NCBI RefSeq assembly: GCF_028673255.1
Contig: NZ_CP110504.1
Coordinates: 1 to 32,000, forward strand
Length of the DNA stretch: 32,000 nt
Source of the DNA: Candidatus Saccharimonadota bacterium
Lineage (GTDB): Bacteria; Bacteroidota; Bacteroidia; Flavobacteriales; Blattabacteriaceae
Direction: 5' to 3'
Part shown: piece by piece, positions 26,079 to 32,000 of the stretch
Position numbering within the stretch: position 1 is the first letter of the stretch
How the letters are laid out: the number at the start of each line of letters is the position of its first letter
Notes under the pieces: model-generated
What the model was told of the DNA's origin: nothing
Database searches by the model: none
What the model saw: only the letters and a program-made list of their open reading frames with translations
Position numbers and translations under genes: made by a program

Positions 26079-27503
26079 TTGAAGAATAAAATTCTTTTAT
26101 CCAATTTTAGAAGTGGATATAAATATGGATTCCATTCGAAAATTGAATCTGAGAAGATTTCAAAAGGACTTAACAAAAATACTATTTTGGAAATTTCAAA
26201 AAAAAATAAAGAACCTAAGTGGTTAGTAAATTTTAGAATAAGAGCTTTTAAATTATTAAAAAAAATGTCCATTCCTAAATGGGGAAATGTAAAATATAAA
26301 AAAATTGATTTACAGAATTTCATATATTATTCAGCTCCAAAAAATTATAAGAATCTTAAAATTGATCCTGAAATAAGAAAAACTTTAAATAAATTAAAAT
26401 TACCAATCGATAATAAAAATAATATTTCAAAAAAAATTATTGAAATAATCATTGATTCTGTTGCTGTAACTACTTCTTTTAAAAAATTATTATTTGAAAA
26501 AGGCATAATCTTTTGTTCTATTAGTAAAGCAATAATACACTATCCTAAATTAGTGAAAAAATATCTTAGTAAAGCAATTCCGATAAATGATAATTTTTTT
26601 TCTACTTTAAATTCTTCAGTTTTTTCTGATGGCTCTTTTTGTTATGTTCCTAAAAATATACGTTGTCCGATTGAGTTATCTACTTATTTTAGAATTAATG
26701 AATCAGGTACAGGACAGTTTGAAAGAACACTTTTAATAGCAGATAAAAATTCTTATGTGAGTTATTTAGAAGGTTGTACTGCTCCTCAAAGAAAAGAAAA
26801 TCAGTTACATGCTGCTGTTGTGGAATTAATTGCAATGGACGGTGCAGAAATAAAATATTCTACTGTTCAGAATTGGTTTCCTGGGAATAAAAAAGGACTG
26901 GGTGGAATATTTAATTTTGTTACCAAAAGAGGTATCTGTGAAAAGAAATCAAAAATTTCATGGACTCAAATAGAAAATGGCTCTTCCATAACTTGGAAAT
27001 ATCCATCTTGTATCTTAAAAGGAAAAAATTCAAAAGGAAATTTTTTTTCAATAGCAATTACCAAAAATTTTCAACAATCTGATACTGGTACTAAAATGAT
27101 TCATATTGGAGAAAATTCAAAAAGTATTATAATTTCTAAAGCGATTTCTACTGGAAATTCTAAAAACTCTTATAGAGGTTTAGTGAATATTTTAAAAGAT
27201 GCTTTTAATTCTAGAAATTATACTCAATGTGATTCTCTATTATTTGGTCATCAATGTAAAACATCTAGTATACCAGATATACAAGTAGAAAATTCTTCAT
27301 CTAAAGTGGAACATGAAGCTATAATTTCTTTGATTGAAAGGTCTAAAATATTTTATTGCAATCAACGTGGAATCCTAAAGGAAAAAGCTTTGCAGTTAAT
27401 AGTTAATGGATATAGCAGAGAAATAATTAATAAATTGCCTTTAGAGTTTGCATTAGAAGCCAGAAAGTTATTAGATTTAACTCTAGAAAATTCTATTGGC
27501 TAA
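26079..27503 (+). CDS. sufB: Fe-S cluster assembly protein SufB
   Basis: 474-aa ORF that is first in a sufBCDS cluster. It contains SGTGQFERTLLIADKNSYVSYLEGCTAP and EHEAIISLIE. Confidence 0.95.
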   Translation: MKNKILLSNFRSGYKYGFHSKIESEKISKGLNKNTILEISKKNKEPKWLVNFRIRAFKLLKKMSIPKWGNVKYKKIDLQNFIYYSAPKNYKNLKIDPEIRKTLNKLKLPIDNKNNISKKIIEIIIDSVAVTTSFKKLLFEKGIIFCSISKAIIHYPKLVKKYLSKAIPINDNFFSTLNSSVFSDGSFCYVPKNIRCPIELSTYFRINESGTGQFERTLLIADKNSYVSYLEGCTAPQRKENQLHAAVVELIAMDGAEIKYSTVQNWFPGNKKGLGGIFNFVTKRGICEKKSKISWTQIENGSSITWKYPSCILKGKNSKGNFFSIAITKNFQQSDTGTKMIHIGENSKSIIISKAISTGNSKNSYRGLVNILKDAFNSRNYTQCDSLLFGHQCKTSSIPDIQVENSSSKVEHEAIISLIERSKIFYCNQRGILKEKALQLIVNGYSREIINKLPLEFALEARKLLDLTLENSIG

Positions 27504-27530
27504 GTGTTTTACATAAATTCATGTTAAATC

Positions 27531-28277
27531 ATGTTAAAAATTGTAGATCTATCCGCTTCAATAAATAATAAAATTATTTTAAATAATATTAATTTAAATA
27601 TTAATTATAATGAAGTTCATGTACTTATGGGACCTAATGGTTCTGGTAAAAGTTCTTTGTCTTCTATTATAGCTGGTAAAAAAGAAATTTCTATTACCAA
27701 AGGGAGAATTTTATTTGAAAAACAAAATATAACTTACTTATCTCCTGAAGAAATTGCACACAGAGGTATTTTTTTATCTTTTCAAGATCCAATAGAAATC
27801 CCTGGAATATCTCTTATAAATTTTATCAAATATTCAATAAATGAGATTAGAAAAAGTAAAAATTTGAAAGAAATTTCTTATAAAGATTTTATAAAACAAG
27901 TTGAAAACGTTTCTCAAATAATTGGTTTTAATAAAGCTTTTTTATCACGATCTATTAATTTGGGCTTTTCTGGTGGAGAAAAAAAGCGTTGTGAAATTTT
28001 TCAAATGGGTATGATAGAACCTAAATTGGCTATTTTAGACGAAATTGATTCTGGCTTAGATTTGGATGCTCTTAAAATTATTGCTACTGGGATTTTGAAA
28101 TTGAAAAAGAAAAAATCTTCAATTTTAATTATTACTCATTATAATCGAATTTTAAAATTAATAATACCTGATAAAATACATATTTTATATAAAGGCAAAA
28201 TTATTAAATCTGGTTCTAAAAATTTAGCTCGAAAAATAGAAAAGTATGGTTATGAAGGTTTCAAGAATTATTTATGA
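27531..28277 (+). CDS. sufC: Fe-S cluster assembly ATPase SufC
   Basis: 248-aa ORF with Walker A GPNGSGKSS, the ABC signature FSGGEKKR and Walker B LAILDEIDSGLD. Confidence 0.95.
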   Translation: MLKIVDLSASINNKIILNNINLNINYNEVHVLMGPNGSGKSSLSSIIAGKKEISITKGRILFEKQNITYLSPEEIAHRGIFLSFQDPIEIPGISLINFIKYSINEIRKSKNLKEISYKDFIKQVENVSQIIGFNKAFLSRSINLGFSGGEKKRCEIFQMGMIEPKLAILDEIDSGLDLDALKIIATGILKLKKKKSSILIITHYNRILKLIIPDKIHILYKGKIIKSGSKNLARKIEKYGYEGFKNYL

Positions 28278-29584
28278 CTTTAAAGGAAAAAATTTTTTTG
28301 TTATTAAAAAAACAAAAACAAAACAAGAATAAATATATTGAAAGCATTATTAAGAAGTCAATTGGTTTTTTACATAAAATCGGTTTTACCGAATTAAAGA
28401 AAACTTGTTTTAATTCTGTTTTAAATTATGACTTTGATATCCCCAAAACAAAGAATGAGGTCGAAGATTATAGAATTAAAGAACTATCTTTTAATAAGAA
28501 ATTTATTTCTCTTTATTTTATCAATGGTTTTTTTTCATCAAAATTATCTAATTTATGTAAATTAAAAAATAACATTAAATTTTCTTCATTAAAGAATTTT
28601 TTATCAACCCCACAAAACAAAAATATTAAATACTTTTGTAAGACTCTTTTTAATAAAGATAATTTTTTTTTTAATAACACTTTCATTGCTCTAAATATTT
28701 CTTTAACTCCTGATGGATTTTTTTTAAAGATTCCAAAAAATACTAATTTAAATATTCCAATAGAAATAATAAATATTTATTCCACTAAAATATCTGCTAT
28801 AATTAATTTGAAGAATATTATCGTAGTTGGAAAAAATTCCACTGTCAAAATTATTGAAAGACATATTTCAACAAGCAAGAAATATATTTTTAGCAATTTG
28901 TTTACAGAAATTTTTTCAAATGATCACAGCAAAATAGAGATTTTTAAGTTAGAAAATGATTTACGAAAAACTTATTTAATAGATAATACTTTTATTAACC
29001 AAAGGGATAATAGTGTATGTAAAGTATTTACTTTTTCCTCAAATATAAGACATATCATTAATAATATTAATTGTTTGAAACTTGGACAAGATACTAAATC
29101 ATTTTTTCATGGCCTTTCTTTTTTTAATAAAAGTAATAACATAAGAAAATTATATAATAATGTCGTTATTCAATATGAAACGTCGAATTCTGTTAGTTAC
29201 CAAAATTATAAAGGGATTTTTAGCAAAAACTCTTATGGTATTTTTAAAAGCAAAATTAAAATTAATGACAACTTATATAATATTAATTCAAAACAAACAA
29301 ATAGCAATTTATTATTATCTAATTCGTCTAAAGTTTTATCTCGACAAGAATTTAAAACTTACTCAAGTAAAGTAAAATGTGAACATGGTACAAATATTGG
29401 GAAACTCGATAAAAGAAGTATCTTTTTCTTTCGTACTAGAGGAATAGTTAAAACAAAAGCTATAAAATTGGCTATTTTGATTTTTGCAAACGAGCTAATA
29501 AAATTAGTAAATTTAAATATTTTAAAAAATAAGATTATAGCTTACTTAAAAGATAATCTTAAATTTGACTTTATTAAAATTTAA
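28274..29584 (+). CDS. sufD: Fe-S cluster assembly protein SufD
   Basis: 436-aa ORF with an ATGA overlap with sufC. It sits between sufC and sufS. The C-terminal half is SufB/D-like (QTNSNLLLSNSSKV.SRQEF..YSSKVKCEHGTNIG). Confidence 0.85.
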   Translation: MTLKEKIFLLLKKQKQNKNKYIESIIKKSIGFLHKIGFTELKKTCFNSVLNYDFDIPKTKNEVEDYRIKELSFNKKFISLYFINGFFSSKLSNLCKLKNNIKFSSLKNFLSTPQNKNIKYFCKTLFNKDNFFFNNTFIALNISLTPDGFFLKIPKNTNLNIPIEIINIYSTKISAIINLKNIIVVGKNSTVKIIERHISTSKKYIFSNLFTEIFSNDHSKIEIFKLENDLRKTYLIDNTFINQRDNSVCKVFTFSSNIRHIINNINCLKLGQDTKSFFHGLSFFNKSNNIRKLYNNVVIQYETSNSVSYQNYKGIFSKNSYGIFKSKIKINDNLYNINSKQTNSNLLLSNSSKVLSRQEFKTYSSKVKCEHGTNIGKLDKRSIFFFRTRGIVKTKAIKLAILIFANELIKLVNLNILKNKIIAYLKDNLKFDFIKI

Positions 29585-29603
29585 TGTTTAAAAGTTAATT
29601 TTA

Positions 29604-30821
29604 ATGTTTTCTTATGAAGAAATAAAACAAATTCGTAATCAATTTCCAATTTTAAAAACAAACGAAACTAATAGCATATATTTTGATAATGCTGCAACTA
29701 CTCAAAAACCTGTTCAAGTAATAAATACAATAAAAAAGTATTATTGTAATTTTAATTCTAATGTTAACAGAAGTGTTCATTTTTTAGACAACTTTACGAA
29801 TAATTATTTAGAACTAAGTAGAAAGCAGCTTAAATATTTTATTAATGCGAAATACAGAGAAGAAATAATTTTTACGACTGGAACTACTGAAAGTATAAAT
29901 TTAATAGCATTTTGTATTTCAAAGTTTATTAAAAAATCAGATGATATTATTATCTCACATTCTGAACATCATTCAAATATAATTCCTTGGCAAGTTTTAA
30001 GTCAAAATAATAAGGCAAATTTAAAAGTAATTCCAGTGAACTCAGAAGGAGAATTAAATATTAGAGTTTTTAAGAAATTAATGACAAAAAAAACCAAATT
30101 GATTTCTATTAGTCATGTTACTAATACGTTTGGTATTCTTAATCCTATTAATAAAATTATTAAAACGGCTCATAAGCATAATTCTTTAGTTTTAATTGAT
30201 GGTTCACAAGCAATATCCCATATCACTATTGATGTGCAAAATTTAGATTGTGACTTTTATGTGTTTTCAATACATAAAATGTATGGACCGACTGGTCTAG
30301 GTATTTTATATGGTAAAAAAAAAGTCCTTGATAAGTTTCCTCCTTATAAGTGTGGTGGTGGAATGATTGAAAAAGTAAATTTCAAAAAAACTAGATTTTC
30401 TGGTCTTCCTTTTAAGCTAGAAGCTGGTACACCAAACATTGCAGGGATTATTGGAACTAATAAAGCTTTACAACTTCTAGTAAATTATTCTATTATAAAA
30501 ATAAATAGTTATGAAACCAAACTACTAAAATATGCTATTAAAATTTTAAGTAATATTAATGGTATGAAAATTTATTACAATAATTCTAAACTTACAAAAA
30601 TTTTATCTTTTAATATAGAAAATATACATTCCTTTGACTTGGGAAAATTATTAAATAATTATGGAATAGCTGTTAGAACTGGAACACATTGTGCTCAACC
30701 AATCATGGAGTACTTAAAAATTAATGGTACTATTCGTATAAGTTTTGCCATGTACAATACTATTGAAGAAATTGATATATTTTATAAATACTTAATCAAA
30801 TGTTTAGATATTTTAAGATGA
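29604..30821 (+). CDS. sufS: Cysteine desulfurase SufS (class V aminotransferase)
   Basis: 405-aa ORF with YFDNAATTQKP, the PLP-lysine context FSIHKMYGPTGLG and the active-site Cys context RTGTHCAQP. Confidence 0.93.
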   Translation: MFSYEEIKQIRNQFPILKTNETNSIYFDNAATTQKPVQVINTIKKYYCNFNSNVNRSVHFLDNFTNNYLELSRKQLKYFINAKYREEIIFTTGTTESINLIAFCISKFIKKSDDIIISHSEHHSNIIPWQVLSQNNKANLKVIPVNSEGELNIRVFKKLMTKKTKLISISHVTNTFGILNPINKIIKTAHKHNSLVLIDGSQAISHITIDVQNLDCDFYVFSIHKMYGPTGLGILYGKKKVLDKFPPYKCGGGMIEKVNFKKTRFSGLPFKLEAGTPNIAGIIGTNKALQLLVNYSIIKINSYETKLLKYAIKILSNINGMKIYYNNSKLTKILSFNIENIHSFDLGKLLNNYGIAVRTGTHCAQPIMEYLKINGTIRISFAMYNTIEEIDIFYKYLIKCLDILR

Positions 30822-32000
30822 CAAAAAAAATTAAACTTTTAAAGTTAATAAATTTAAAAGAATTAGAATTAATACTTAACGTACCAAAAGAAAAACTAAG
30901 AACTCGTTGTAGTTCATTAGGGATTAAAGTATCTTGTTCTCAACGATTAGATTATGAATTATTGACTTTAGTTGCTTCAGAGTTTGGATATGAAGTAGAA
31001 TTGATAGAGAAAGGAATACGCACTAAATCAAGAGATCCAGTTATTATTCTTTTAGGTCACGTTGATCATGGAAAAACTTCTTTATTAGATTACATAAAAA
31101 GAAGCCAAGTAAATTATGAAGAATATGGTGGGATTACTCAAAATATAGGTGTGTATAAAGTAAATATTAATAAAAAGAATAGTTTAACATTTATCGATAC
31201 TCCAGGACATGAAGCTTTTATGGCGATGAGATATAGGGGTACTCAAATAACTGATATCGCAATAATAGTAATAGCAACTGATGAAGACATTATGCCACAT
31301 ACTAATGAAGCAATAAATAATGCACAAGCTGTTGGCATACCAATTATATTTGCTTTTAATAAAATAGATACTAATACTTCAGATCCAGAGAAAATCATGA
31401 GAAAATTAGCAGAAAGAAATATTTTAGTTGAAGAATGGGGTGGGGCTTATCAGTCACAAGAAATATCTGCAAAATATGGCATTGGAATAGACAAACTAAT
31501 AGAAAAAATAATTTTAGAAGCTGAATTATTAAATTTAAAATACTCTAAAGAGAATTTTGCTGTAGGTTCAATCATAGAATCTTCTTTAAATAAAGAAAAT
31601 GGATACACAGCTACCATAATTATTAAAGATGGAATTTTATTTGTAGGAGATTATATATTAGTTGGAAAAATTTTTGGTAAAGTAATTAAAATCATAGATG
31701 AAAGAGGGAATCAACTGAAATATGTTCTCCCTTCACGACCAGTATTAATTTTTGGTCTTAATGGAGCTCCAGCATCTGGAGAGATATTTAATTCTTATAA
31801 AACAGAACAAGAATTTAAAAATATTTTTAACAAATTTAAAAAAGAGCAAGAACCATTAATATTAGCTGAACAAGAAAAAATTTCATTCCATAAGCTGGAA
31901 GAGCAAGAACAACAAGAACAACTAAACTTAATAATTAAGGCAGACTTAAACGGATCTATAGAAGCTATTACTGAATCTTTAGAAAATAATAACAAAGTAA
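30818..32000 (+). CDS. infB: Translation initiation factor IF-2 (5' part, open to the window end) with a very short region upstream of the G domain
   Basis: The ATG at 30818 overlaps the sufS TGA (ATGA). The frame stays open to the window end, so it is absent from the ORF track. It reads MTKKIKLLKLINLKELELILNV...VIILLGHVDHGKTSLLD...DTPGHEAF...NKID (G1, G3 and G4 motifs). Confidence 0.93.
   Translation, partial: MTKKIKLLKLINLKELELILNVPKEKLRTRCSSLGIKVSCSQRLDYELLTLVASEFGYEVELIEKGIRTKSRDPVIILLGHVDHGKTSLLDYIKRSQVNYEEYGGITQNIGVYKVNINKKNSLTFIDTPGHEAFMAMRYRGTQITDIAIIVIATDEDIMPHTNEAINNAQAVGIPIIFAFNKIDTNTSDPEKIMRKLAERNILVEEWGGAYQSQEISAKYGIGIDKLIEKIILEAELLNLKYSKENFAVGSIIESSLNKENGYTATIIIKDGILFVGDYILVGKIFGKVIKIIDERGNQLKYVLPSRPVLIFGLNGAPASGEIFNSYKTEQEFKNIFNKFKKEQEPLILAEQEKISFHKLEEQEQQEQLNLIIKADLNGSIEAITESLENNNKV

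Noticed and set aside
26054-26323. 89-aa minus-strand ORF overlapping the sufB 5' end
   Set aside because: Antisense to sufB. The miaB start upstream is already accounted for and the product has no motif content.
27519-27540. Tandem duplication CATGTTAAAT/CATGTTAAAA creating two ATGs at the sufC start
   Set aside because: The upstream ATG (27521) is out of frame and terminates after 15 codons. This is most simply a small slippage duplication with no evident function.
29160-29375. 71-aa plus-strand ORF inside sufD in an alternative frame
   Set aside because: It is embedded in sufD in another frame, with no features supporting an overlapping gene.
31795-31995. 66-aa minus-strand ORF with a Cys/Ser-rich product (…CSCCSCSSS…)
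   Set aside because: It is antisense to the open infB frame. The Cys/Ser run is the complement of the repetitive GAA/CAA (E/Q-rich) codons of IF-2.

Overview
The window is a very AT-rich, gene-dense stretch of a strongly reduced bacterial genome. Genes abut or overlap, and only the tRNAs are GC-rich. The content is almost entirely core information processing plus amino-acid provisioning. It includes the rpoB 3' end, rpoC, truA, an rluD-like gene, rpmB-rpmG with a small trailing ORF, serS, leuS, tyrS and leuA-leuC-leuD-leuB. It also includes rnpA, prfB, rpsU, lpdA, alaS, smpB, a DUF3127/SSB-tail protein, groES-groEL, miaB, sufB-sufC-sufD-sufS, the infB 5' part and four tRNAs (His, Phe, Leu-like, Met/Ile2). 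Bacteroidota-type hallmarks are present: rpmB-rpmG followed by a tiny ORF, a DUF3127 protein ending in DELPF, and Bacteroidota-style S21 and L33 sequences. Together with the retained leucine pathway and Suf system, these suggest a Sulcia-like flavobacterial insect endosymbiont. This is an inference and has not been checked against any database. I found no CRISPR array, mobile element, defence or toxin locus, or novel multi-gene system. The observations worth a second look all concern erosion of the translation apparatus. They are a tRNA-Leu(GAG) homologue without the long variable arm, an AlaRS cut down to its catalytic core, and a LeuRS whose CP1 editing-site signature residues are replaced. 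The prfB gene also has a 12-bp x4 tandem repeat where the programmed frameshift site normally sits, and SPY replaces SPF. Further items are a 39-codon ORF below the ORF-track cutoff, a 380-bp spacer that looks like a decayed membrane-protein gene, and a LeuA without the feedback-regulatory domain.
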